Below are positions 50,287 through 62,864 of a stretch of DNA of 64,000 nt, piece after piece; the first letter of the stretch is position 1, and each line of letters begins with the position of its first letter. The DNA is taken from assembly GCA_002104905.1 (NCBI GenBank), contig MCFE01000068.1, positions 1-64,000 of the forward strand. Direction: 5' to 3'. The notes under the pieces are model-generated. The model was not told the origin of the DNA. It saw nothing but the letters and a program-made list of their open reading frames with translations, and did not search any database. This DNA comes from Basidiobolus meristosporus CBS 931.73. Its lineage: Eukaryota; Fungi; Basidiobolomycota. A program made the translations under genes and the position numbers.

Positions 50287-53200
50287 TGTTGTAGAAATTT
50301 GTAATTCCACCTAAAGATTCACTTAGCTTAGTCACTTGGATCATTACCTTCAGATCCTAGAGAATACTGACTAAATTCCCAGATGGGATTTATTTAAAGT
50401 GTTTTCACCAAAATATCAGGTGCCCAGAACCTAAAATTTAGATAAGTTGCCAAAACAGCCCCAAACTTAGCACACATGCTCTTGGGATCTTTCTAAGCCT
50501 ATTTTACATGTTTGTTTTGCCAGGACCATGTAAAAGTTTAAATATTACTTTTACATTCAATAAATCATTAAATGAAAGCCACATAATCTACTTATTCTCC
50601 CAATCACTTTCAATACCTCCAAGACTCTTACAGCAGGTTATGAGCCCAAGATGCCACTTTCTGCAATGTCTTCCACCCCTGTTAGAGGAATTTTTCCCTC
50701 TGCTGAAAGGTTGGCTGGATATTACTACCAAGTGTGGAAAGGGAGGTTAAGATGCTGCTACAAGAAAGAGGACTTTGGGGTATTGTCATGGGAGAAGAAT
50801 GCCCTCCTAATGATGCAGGATAGAAAGGCTGAAAGTACCAGAAGAAAGAACAAAGTGTCTTTAACTGAATTACCTTAATGTCAACAACAAATGGCTAATT
50901 AAATGATCAAGAGCAAAAATTGCAAAGAATGCCTGGAAGGCATTAAAAGACACATACCAGTCATGTTCAGCTACTAAGAAATATATCTTAGACAAAAATT
51001 CTTTACTACAAAGATGCTTTCAGGAGAAGAAATGAAAAATCTTATTAACAGAATTACCTCTCTGGCAGACAGGATGGAATCTGTTGGTGTACCAACTGTT
51101 GCAATATTCTGAGGAGTATTGGAAGTGATGTGGAGAACTAGAGGATTTACATGTTATTCACTTGTAGATTTATTGATCAAAAGTATGGTATTTATACTTT
51201 TGATAAAGTAGAGGAAACAAACGTGTAGAGTTTGTTAAGGAAGGTCCCAAGAATATGTGTACAAAGTTTGGGGTCTTTTGGACGACTTTGAGAAAAATAA
51301 TAATCTGGGTACCTGACAATTTGGTGAAAATATTCTAAGTAAATCCCGACAAGAAATCTAGTCAGGACAGAATGCTAATCACAGAATAAGATATATGTGA
51401 CTAAGTTAGCATGAATATTTAGGTGACAATTCAATAATTACAACACTCCCACTCAACAAAATATTCATGAGTAATAAATACATATTGTGAGTGTGCAATC
51501 TGTAATAAGCGTATAAGATTTAACTGTTTTGCATACTGGACTAATATATTATCCAAAGGTGTATGCATTTGTGTTCAACTTAATAGAACAAGTAACTTGG
51601 AATTCAGTATGCATATCTACTTAGTAATATGCCTAAAAATCTGAATGATCTGATCATAATACTAATCATCAACTTTGATCAGTTGTACGGGCTTGAATAA
51701 TAAGCTGAGTCTAATTGACAGATCGTAATAATGGTATATAGCCTCTGGGCTATCCAATGCTTCTTATTTGAGCAAAATTGACCCACTTTTGGTCAAGTTA
51801 AGGTTTTGTCATTTACGGCAGATCTGGAGTTTCCTTATTTCCGGCCAACAGTCTAATCCATTTAGACAACTTCACTGTGTGTCCATATTAGGCTCAGGGA
51901 CAGTTACTTCCATCATATAGATGCTATATGAGGTAAAAAATAGTGACCTACTTTGGGTCAAGTTAAGGTTTTGTCATTTACGCCTGATCCGGATTATCCT
52001 TGTTTCCTGGCACTGTGGCACATATAACATGGCCAAAAAAAAAGAAGGTTTTTGCTCAACTCTGAGCTGGGATGGCCTGCTCCCACTTGAACCACGTCTG
52101 TTTAGTGATTCAGATCCACAAATATGATCTAGAATGGTCATCTTTGTCTTCTTTAAATAGCAATAACTTTCTTTGGACTGATTACTTCATATGCGGTAGA
52201 TTCAAAGTCCATTTGCTTCTTGATTTACCCAGTTTGGTATTGGACAACACCATGGGTTGTTTGGTAGCTATTCTTAGAGTGCTTCTACTGATTTGGATTG
52301 ATACAGCTGCTTTTGTCTTATCAGAATATACTTGTAGAATAGAGATTGGCGCTTTTCCAGAAGTGAGATTCTCCTTAACAAGGGCTTTGATTATCCTTAT
52401 TCTCCTGATAGTTATTTTCAACCTTGAGCTCGGTTTCCAAGGCTAACTGATCTTCTCAGTGTCTTCAGGATCCATAAAAACCATCTGGTTGATCCTTGCA
52501 CCTTTTTCTTTCAGCTCCATAGACAGCAGACATCAAGACTTCTGCACTAAATAATCTGTTCCAATATATACTACAATATCTAACAGATCCTGTTGAAGTT
52601 TCAAGGCTCTTCTGGGGTTTCTAGCTTGAGAACTTCGTACAAGAGGCTCCATAGAACATATCTGCATTGCCAGATAGTCCAAATATGGCCTACATAAGTT
52701 TTGGCACCATTTGGGAAGTACCCTAGTTTGCGGTAGTAGTATTTTCCATTTTTTCTTCTTTTTTTTTTTTTTTTCGCTGATGACCCAGGGATAATTCCTT
52801 TTGTGGGGTGGTTCTGGACTTCCTTGCAGGTGGGACCACGGTGTTTTTGAGCACAAGAGTCTCCATGACATCATTGTTCCAGAATATCTGACTATTTGAG
52901 AGTGAAATAATCAAAATCGGCATCCACTTAGATCATTCATAACTTTTGATAGAGTTGACCAAATTTGATCAAATAAACTGCATTTGATAGCTAGCTTCAT
53001 CAATACTTCGGTATCAGACTCCAATATATCAGTATTTTGAGTTGCAGAACTTGGCGGTGACTTGATCAATCAAAATTCTTCTGATCTGATCCAGAGAGGT
53101 TAAATATCACCAAGTGTTTTCTCCCACTGTAATAAGTGATATATATATAACAAGTATAAAGTACTATGTTATCTTCTGAGTGGCTCTTAGCTGTGTACTG

Positions 53201-56200
53201 ACCAACTGTTGCTTGGTTGTATACTCCAATCAGGCTTGCAATTATATGCTTCACTCCTTTGGCTGGCGGTAGAATCTTCATGAGTTGATTTTGCTAAATT
53301 TGTATAATACTTTCTCCCACTGTTTTGAGACTTAAACAGAGTGATAGCACGTCTAACAGCTCCATATTTAGCTCCTGGTACACTGGTTTCAGTATCAAAA
53401 CACTTGATACAATTATAGCATTCTTCTAATGGATTGTGTAGTACATATCCGTACTCCAGGTGGATATATATGTATTATATATCATTGGGATCCTTACAAT
53501 TCAGGAAGCTTGTTTCTGAGATCTTTTTCCATCAGTAGATAGTCCAGAATGGCGGCTAACAGCTCCAGTATTTGCATTCTCAGCTGTATTTTGAGTGGCA
53601 ACAGATTTTTGGTAAAATCCTCCTCCGGCAATCATTAATAATGATCTATATTTTTTTTTCTTTTGCAATTCAGGATAATATCCTATCCAAAAGCTCGTCT
53701 AACAGTCAATTGGGGTCATATGAATACATATTGCAGTATATTTCATTGTAGATCTGGACCCTCAATTGCTGGAATTACGCAATTTTCTTCAGTAGTGGTA
53801 GAGCACCAACATACTATATTTCTTGACACAATTACATGCCAGTTTGATTGACTCTTCTTCATAACTAACTTGGATAGTTACTGAAGGCATCTTTTAAAGG
53901 CAAGGCCTTCTTCTCCACAGCAATATCCTCATAAACATAGTCCTTTAGCAGCGGTAGTCTTCTTTAACCTTAGCAGAGCAATAGTGCGGAAAGTCTTTCT
54001 CCAGACTAGCAGAAAAGGATCCAAAGCATAGTAGACACCAAGAGGACAGCAAGCTCGGGGCTCATAACCTGTTGCAATATTCTGAGGAGTATTGGAAGTG
54101 ATGTGGAGAACTAGAGGATTTACATGTTATTCACTTGTAGATTTATTGATCAAAAGTATGGTATTTATACTTTTGATAAAGTAGAGGAAACAAACGTGTA
54201 GAGTTTGTTAAGGAAGGTCCCAAGAATATGTGTACAAAGTTTGGGGTCTTTTGGACGACTTTGAGAAAAATAATAATCTGGGTACCTGACAATTTGGTGA
54301 AAATATTCTAAGTAAATCCCGACAAGAAATCTAGTCAGGACAGAATGCTAATCACAGAATAAGATATATGTGACTAAGTTAGCATGAATATTTAGGTGAC
54401 AATTCAATAATTACAACACCAACTACTGATAAGGATGTGATAGTTACCATACTGAATAGCTCAACAGGCATGTTTGAGGGCCTTGTATCAGCCCTAGAGT
54501 CCAGAAGTGAAGATTTGACCTTAAATTATGTATATGGAAGGCTTCTGGACAAAGAATTAAGAAAATCAAGCACCAATAAGAAGGAAGAAGAAAATGCTTT
54601 AATGAGCAATGATAACCAACAAAGGAGGTACCCAATTCCTTACAAAGGCAACAGCAACCTGTTTTGTAACTACTGTAAATGGAAAGGACACACATCAGAC
54701 CAGTGGTTCAAAAAGAGAGATGGTGGGCAGAAAAAGCCTGAATATGGAAATGCTGCACTAACTGAAGATAGAATATCCATATCTGCACTAAATATGGCCA
54801 CAAGCAAGGATTCTCAGATGTGATATATTGACTCTGGAGCATCTCAACAATTTACACACCAAAAAGAACTTTCACCCAATATCAAGAAATTCCAATTAAG
54901 AGGTTTTCATGGGTGACAATAGAACACTTGATGCAGTGGGAGAAGGAACTATCCAAGTAAACCTTAGAAGCAGTGAAGGAAGCCATACACTGACCTTTAA
55001 AGAAGTATTCTTTGTACCAGAAATAGCCAAGAACCCACAATCTGTAAGCAAGGCCACAGTAGAAAGACTCAGTTTCAGCTTTGACATTTCTGGATGCAGG
55101 ATCACTAATCAAAATGGTGCCCATATTGCTTTGGGTATCAGACATCAGAATCTATACATGTTGACTTATATTCCATCATATCTAGAAGCCAATATAAGTA
55201 ACTTAAATGAAGAAACACCAATGCTTTGGCGCAGGAGATTTGGACACATCAATTTTGATTATTTGTGCAAAATGATCAAAGATCTGTTAATTTCTGGAGT
55301 AAAAATTGATCACCCAGCTAATTTGGAGCATTGTGAAGCCTGCATGTATAGGAAACAAGCCAGACAATTGTTCAGGAGCTCTGGGTTAATCATAACTAAG
55401 AAAAGATTAGATCTAACTCACTCAGATCTGTGTGGACCTATGCAAATTTTATTCTTAGGCAGGATGAAGTATCTAATCACTCTAATTGATGATTATACAA
55501 GATATACACAAGTTTACTTCATGGAGGAATAGGAAGAAGCTCTGTCAAAGTTCAGGGAGCTCAAAGCCATGGTGGAGAGAGAAACTGGTGAAAAATCAAA
55601 AAATATGCTCTAACAATGGTGGCAAATATACCTCAAAACTCTCCAACCACTTCTGCAAAATTCATGGGATAAAGCAAGAGACTACTGTACCATACTCCCC
55701 ATAGCAAAATGGAGTAGCAGAATGTACTAACAGATCAATAATTGATATGGCAAGATCTATGATCCATGATCAAAAATCATCCTATAATTTTTGGGTGGAA
55801 TCAGTTGCCACTGCTGTATACCTTAAAAATGGGAGTTATAACAGAGTACTTTGTCAGTCTACTCCATTTGAAGCATGGTATGGGTACAGACCAAGCACCA
55901 AACATCTAAGAATACTTGGGTGTATAGCATATGCCAGGAAACTGCCCAGAAATCAGTCAAAATTTGAGCCAAAAAGTGTAAAATGCATATTTTTGGGTTA
56001 CTGCAATGAGAGTAAAACATATAAACTCTACAATACCAAAGAAACAAGATAATCAAGTCCAGGGATGTGTTGCTTGATGAAAATTCCAAATTTTCACAAA
56101 AAATGCCATCTGATGATGACAAAAATCTGATCTCAAGTCCACCAATTGTCTGGATTGAACCAGAGCAAAACAATGAGAGTTTTTTCACTCCAGAGGACTC

Positions 56201-57405
56201 TAAAATCATGATTCAGCCTGAAGCAATGCCCAGAAATATCCCAGAAGTGATCATTTCAGTATCAAATGCCCAGAGATCCAATTCAACAAGAAATAGTCCA
56301 AATTACCATATCAATGAGGGTACAAACTTAGCCTATGCCTATTCAGTCCATATTGATGGGCCCCAGACTGTAGAAGAGGCCCTAAATAGCCCTCAGACAA
56401 AGTTTAGGAGATTTACAATGACTGAGGAATATCAGGCCCTGATGGAAAATCAAACTTGGGAATTGGTCAAATTACCAATCAACTAAAAATCAATTGGATG
56501 CCGATGGGTCTTCAAGACAAAATACAAGGCTGATGGTAAAATCAAAAGATACAAAGCAAGACTTGTGGCCAAAGGATACTCTCAAACAAAAGGACTTGAC
56601 TATACTGAGACCTTTGCACTGGTGGCAGGTTTAATTCCATCAGATTAATATTGGCTATTGCAGCCAATTATATGTTTTTTATTCATCAAATGGATGTGAA
56701 AACTGCATTTTTGAATGGAGAACTTGATGAGGATGTATACATGGGCCAGTCTGATGAGTTTGTTGACCAAGATAACCCCCATTTGGACTGCAAGCTTAAA
56801 AAGTCTCTATATGGTCTTAAACAATCACCAAGAGCCTGGAATTGCAAGATAGATTCTTATTTGGAATCTTTGAGTATTAAAAGGAGTAATGCTGACCATA
56901 GTATATGCTATAAGTCAGATAGAGCAAATCCAGCTCTATTAGCTCTATATCTGGATGATCTTATTATAGCCACCAACAACCTAGAAACATTGGAACAGAC
57001 TAAATCCAGCCTATCTAAGGAGTTCAAGATGACTGATCTATGAGAACTCAGTTACTACTTAGGGATTAAGTTCTCCATAGACAGAAGTACCCAGACTATT
57101 ACCCTAAGCCAATCCAAGTATATTCAGGATATACTAAAGAAGTACAAAATGGAAGACTGTAAACCAGCAGCTACCCCAATGGAGACAAACCTTAACTTGG
57201 TCAAAACTCAACCAAATCAAGAGAGCTTGGTGCCATCTGAGAGCCATAACTTTCCTTATCAATATATGGTTGGCAGTCAGTTGTATATTAGGCTTAGAAC
57301 CCATCCAGATATCTCATACTCAGTGTGAGTTGTCAGCCAACATAATCAGAACTATGGATCTGATCATATTGCAGCAGTTGAGCAGATTTTTAGATACCTA
57401 AAAGG
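50287..57405 (+). mobile_element. Degenerate Ty1/Copia element B: 5' LTR 50287..50635, PBS 50636..50648, gag-pol with stops and frameshifts, interrupted by elements C and D
   Basis: TG..CA LTR, GGTTATGAGCCC PBS, gag zinc knuckle CNYCKWKGH, integrase DLCGP/DDY, RT HQMDVKTAFLNG/YGLKQSPRAW/YLDD. Confidence 0.92.
51097..54418 (-). mobile_element. Non-autonomous LTR element C (LARD/TRIM-like): identical 349-bp LTRs 51097..51445 and 54070..54418, PBS, PPT, TSD CCAAC, 2.6-kb interior without recognisable pol
   Basis: LTRs identical by eye; ggggctcataacc (reverse-complement PBS) at 54057-54069; ctcccactcaac (reverse-complement PPT) at 51446; CCAAC at 51092-51096 and 54419-54423. Confidence 0.93.
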
Positions 57406-60400
57406 TGTTGTAAAAACTTGTATTTCCACCTAAATATTCACCTAACTTAGTCACTTAGATCATCACCTTCAAATCCTAGAGAATACTTACCAAATTCCTT
57501 GTTGGGATTTACTTAGAATATTTTCACCAAAATACCAGGTACCCAGAACATGAAAATTCTCAAAGTTGTCCAAACAGCCCCAAACTTTGCACACATGGTC
57601 TTGGGACCTTCCTTAACCTATTCTATGTGTTTGTAATGCCAAGACCAGGTAAAAGTATAAATACTACTTTTACATTCAATAAATCATTAAGTGAAAACCA
57701 CATAATCTACTTGTTCTCCCAATCACTTCCAATATCTCCAAGACTCTTACAACAGGTTATGAGCCCTGAGCTGTCACTCTCTGCAATGTCTACTACTGCT
57801 ATTACTGGAATTTTTCCCTCTGCTGAAAAGTTGGATGGATCTAACTACCAAGTGTGGAAGGTGAAGATGATGATGCTGCTACAAGAAAGAGGCCTTTGGG
57901 ATATTGTCATGGGAGAAGAATGCCCTCCTAAAAACATGGGAGAGGAAGCCTTAAAGTACCAGAAGAAAGAACAAAGTGCCTTTAACTGCATTTGCCTTAA
58001 TGTCAAGGACAAATTGCTAATTCAATGCTCAAGAGCAAAAATGGCAAAGAATGCCTGGAAAGCATTAGAGGAAACCTGCCAGTCATGTTCAGCTGCTAAG
58101 AAGATGTATCTGAGACAAAAATTCTTTACTACAAAGATGCTGCCAGGAGAAGAAATGAAAAATCCAATTAACAGAATTACCCTGCTAGTAGATGAGATGG
58201 AATCTGTGGGTGCACCAACTACTGATAAGGATGTGATAATTACCATCCTGAATAGCCTGACAGACAAGTTTCAGGGCCTTGTATCAGCCCTAGAGTCCAG
58301 AACTGAAGATTTGACCTTAAATTAAGTATATGGAAGGCTCCTGGATGAAGAATTAAGATAATCAAGCGCCAATAAGAAGGAAGAAGAAAATGCTTTAATA
58401 AGCAATGATAGCCAACAAAGGAGATACCCAAGACCCTACAAAGGCAACAGCAATCTGTTTTGTAACTACTGCAAAAGGAAAGGACTCACATCAGACCGGT
58501 GTCTCAAAAAGAAAGTTAATCAGCAAAAGAAGCCTGAATATGGAAATGCTGCAACAACTGAAGATAGACAATTTATATCTGCACTAAATATGACCACAAA
58601 CAAGGATTCTCAGACGTGGTATATGGACTCTGGAGCATCTCAACACTTTACACACCAAAAAGTACTTTTTACCCAATATCAAGAAATTCCAATTAAGAAG
58701 GTTTTCATGGGTTACAATAGAACACTTGATGAAGTGGGAGAAGGAACTATCCAAGTAAACCTTAGAAGCAGTGAAGGAAGCCATACATTGACCTTTAAAG
58801 AAGTACTCTATGTATCAGAAATAGCCAAGAACCTACTCTCTGTAAGCGAGGCCACAGCAGAAGGACTCAGTTTCAATTTTGACAATTCTGGATGCAAGAT
58901 CACTGATCAATATGGTGCCCATATTGCTTTGGGCATCAGAGATCAAAATCTATACAAGTTGACTTATATTCCATCATATCTGGAAGCCAATATAAGTAAC
59001 TTAAATGAAGAAACTCCAATGCTTTGGCACAGGAGATTTGGGCACATCAATTTTGATTATTTGCGTAAAATGATCAAAGATCAGATAATTTCTGGAGTGA
59101 AATTTGATCCCCCAGCTAATTTGGAGCACTGTGAAGCCTGCATATATGGGAAACAAGCCAGACAACCGTTCAAGAGCTCTGAGTTAATCAAAACTAAGAA
59201 AAAATTAGATCTAATTCACTCAGATCTGTGTGGACCTATGCAAAATTTATCCTTAGGCAGGATGAAGTATTTAATCACTTTTATTGATAATTATACAAGA
59301 TACACATGGGTATACTTCATGGAGAGAAAGGAAGAAGTTCTGTCTAAGCTCAAGGGGTTTAAAGCCATGGTGGAGAGAGAAACTGGTGAAAAAATCAAGA
59401 AAATACGCTCTGACAATGGTGGAGAATATACCTCAAAACTCTTCATCCACTTCTGCAAAATTCATGGGATAAAGCAAAAGACTACTGTACCATACTCCCC
59501 ACAGCAAAATGGGGTAGCAGAACAAGCTAACAGATTGATAATTGATATGGCAAGATCTATGATCCATGATCAAAAATTATTCTATGATTTTTGGGCGGAA
59601 TCAGTTGCCACTGCTGTATACCTTAAAAATAGGAGTAATAACAGAATACTTCGTAATTCTACTCCATTTGAAGCATGGTATGGATACAGACCAAGTGCAG
59701 AACATCTAAGAATATTTGGGTGTACAGCATATGCCAAAAAACTGGCCAGAAATCAGTCAAAATTTGAGCCAAAAAGTGTCAAATGCATATTTTTGGGCTA
59801 CTGCAATGAGAGTAAGGCATACAGTCTCTACAATACTAAAGCAAAGAAGCTGATCAAGTCCAGGGATGTGTTGTTTGATGAGAATTCAAAGTTCTCACAA
59901 AAAATGACATCAGATGATGACAAAAATTTGATCTCAAGTCCACCAATTGTCAGGATTGAATCAGAGTAAAACAATGAAAATTTTTTCACTCCAGAGGACT
60001 CTACAACCATGGTTCAGCCAAAATCAATTCCCAGGAATATCCCAGAAGTGATCATTCCAGTATCAAATGCCCAGAGATCCAATTGGACAAGAAATAGCCC
60101 AAACTACTATATTAATGAGGGTACAAACTTAGCCTATGCCTATTCAGTCCATATTGATGAGCCCCAGACTGTAAAAGAGGCCCTAAATAGCCCTCAGACA
60201 AAGTTTTGGAGATCTGCAATGACAGAGGAACATCAGGCCCTGATGGAAAATCAAACTTGGGACTTAGTCAAATTACCAATCAACCAAAAATCAATTGGAT
60301 GCAGATGGGTCTTCAAGACAAAAGACTTGTTCCATTGTGCCATTGATCATAGTGCCAGAAAGTGCTGTATATTTTGCTATTAATTTGATATTTTAGGGTC

Positions 60401-61705
60401 ATATGCATGTCAATTTTGATCCCAAATTGGCACTGTATGGCACTATCTGGCACTCTGTGGCATGATCAGGCACCATCTGGCATGCTATGGCACTATTGGG
60501 CACTATGATCAGCTGGAATGATGGAACAAGTCTAAAATACAAGGCTGATGGTACAATTGAAAGATACAAAGCAAGATTTGTAGCAAAAGGATACTCTCAA
60601 ACAAAAGGACTTGACTAAACTGAGACCTTTGCACCGGTAGCCAAGTTTAATTCCATCAGATTAATATTGGCTATTGCAGCCAAATATAAGTTTTTTATTC
60701 ATCAAATGGATGTAAAAACTGCATTTTTGAATGGAGAACTTGATGAGGACATGTATATGGGCCAGCCTGATGGGTTTTCTGACCAAGATAACCCCCATTT
60801 GGTCTGCAAGCTTAAAAAGTCACTATATGGTCTCAAACAATCACCAAGAGCCTGGAATTGCAAGATAGATTCTTATTTGGAATCTTTGAGTTTCAAAAGG
60901 AGTAATGCTGGCTATAGTATATACTATAAGCCAGATAGAGCAAATCTAGTTCTATTAGCTCTATATGTGGATGATCTTATTATAGCCGCCAATAACCTAG
61001 AAACATTGGAAGAGACTAAATCCAGCCGATCTAAGGAGTTCAAGATGTCCGATCTACGAGAACTTAGTTACTACTTAGGGATTAAGTTCTCCATAGACAG
61101 AAGTACCCAGACTATTACCCTAAGCCAATCCAAGTATATTCAAGATATACTAAAGAAGTACAAAATGGAATACTGTAAACCGGCAGCTACCCCAATGGAG
61201 ACAAACCTTAACTTGGTCAAAACTCAACCAAATCAAGAGAACTTGGTGCCATCTGAAAGCCCTGACTTTCCTTATCAATCTATGGTCGGCAGTCTGATGT
61301 ATATTATGCTTGGAACACGTCCAGATATCTCATATTCAGTGGGAGTTGTCAGCCAACATAATCAGAATTATGGATCTGATCATATTGCAGCAGTTGAGCG
61401 GATTTTTAGATACCTAAAAGGAACTGCTGATATCTGCCTAAGATACACTTATAAGGATTCAGAGCAGGATCTTGTGGGATACTCTGATGCTGATTGGGGA
61501 CAAAATTTGGAAGACAGAAGATCCACTGCAGGATACACCTTTCTTTACTGTAAAGGAGCCATTTCATGGAATTCAAGAAAGTAACCAACCGTAGCACTTT
61601 CAACTACAGAGGCAGAATATATGGCAGCCTGTGAAGCTACAAAAGAAGCAATGTGGTTAAGAAAGCTCTTTGCAGATTTAGGCCATCTAGTGCAAAGGCA
61701 AAGGC
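57406..61705 (+). mobile_element. Ty1/Copia element D: LTR 57406..57754, PBS 57755..57768, gag from 57786, protease-integrase 58590..59969, RT and start of RNase H; premature stops; 3'-truncated
   Basis: WYMDSGASQH protease, HxxFGH..CxxC integrase zinc finger, SDNGGEY, NGVAEQANR, YVDD, YSDADWG, AISWNSRK, STTEAEY; inserted at aaagg| in the pol of element B. Confidence 0.93.
60323..60533. mobile_element. 211-bp MITE with 13-bp TIRs and 3-bp AAA TSD, inserted in the RT of element D
   Basis: agacttgttccat ... atggaacaagtct; removing it restores gacaaaatac as in element B (56517-56526); subterminal GGCAC/GTGCC repeats. Confidence 0.88.
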
Positions 61706-61709
61706 ATGG

Positions 61710-62650
61710 TCATACATACCTTCATAGTAGCCTGTGCTTCTTTACTCTTTGTAATATTTGACATTAAATGTATTGGATATGTTTGTGCTTGATTGGAACT
61801 AAGTACAGTACTTTATAGGCTCATAAAATATGTTTGACTGCATGAGCTTCTTTAGACAGTGTATTACTGGAATATACCCAGAGTAAGAACAATTTTCTGC
61901 CACAATGGTGTTGAATTCCTGACAAGTTGGACACTTTGCAATAGTGGCATTTCTGATGTGAATGCCATGCAACTGTTAACACATGCTGGTATTGGGACAG
62001 TCTCTAGGTCATATGTTAGAGCCACATGACAGTTGTCCATCAAAACCATGTACATGGTAAGTTGCATCTCAGGATGATTTTGGCAAGAAGTAGTAGTAAA
62101 TCCTCAAAGCTCCCATCACTGAAATCAGTGGAAATGTGCCACTTTCTAGCCACAACAGCACATCATTCATCAGTAGATGAATTACTGGGCTCACATATAT
62201 CCATAAAGTATCCTTGGTATTTTCTTCCATAGGTGTTGTCATTGTACAATGGGATTTTGCTGGGCTCATGCAGGGTACTGTTGTTGGCACAGATGGGCTC
62301 ATATTCCATCAGTGAGCATGCTTTTTCAGAGCTATCATGCTGCACACCATATTAAGAAGGCTGGGGTGAGCCTAAAGGCATCACACACTCACCTGACTTA
62401 TATTGCAAATGGTGACAAGTACAGCTAGGGGCTGTTATACAAATTTCAACTGCCAGCAATATATGGTTGGTACAGTAGGGACTGGTGAATAGTCAAATAT
62501 GACTTGTGTGGCAAAACACTGGCTGTGATCCTTGTAGTACTTTGTATGCTATCTGCACACTTCATGGCTGAGAGGCTTGCTACAATAGCCACATGGTCTT
62601 TTTCTCTTCTCTTATTGTGTGAAATCAAGGAAGTCTTATCCATGGGGCTA
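61710..62650 (-). mobile_element. Degenerate CACTA/EnSpm-like (Tnp2/Transposase_21-type) transposase fragment
   Basis: YDLETVPIPACVNSCMAFTSE followed by a frameshift to NATIAKCPTCQE resembles the IxxCxNxCxxF...CPxC motif upstream of the Transposase_21 domain; boundaries approximate. Confidence 0.6.
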
Positions 62651-62864
62651 ACAGTTTGTCACTCAACAATGTAACACAGTTATATCACTTTTTGACAATA
62701 CTCATATGAATTTAAGACAGTCTTGTATTTGACACATTGCACCTATATGAATGTAAGATTCAATGATGACCCACCATAGTAAGCATTATTAATAAAGTTG
62801 TGGCACCACATACACATGTATATGTAACACTATTTCCCCATTTGTTTGACTCACTTCCATATAT

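Noticed and set aside
51480-51640. Plus-strand TNILSKGV resembling the Copia RNase H end (ADILTKGL) inside element C
   Set aside because: Wrong orientation for the element and similarity too short to distinguish from chance
52533-52874. Poly-Lys-containing ORF as a functional cargo gene of element C
   Set aside because: The Lys run comes from an A-tract; there is no recognisable domain and neighbouring frames are full of stops
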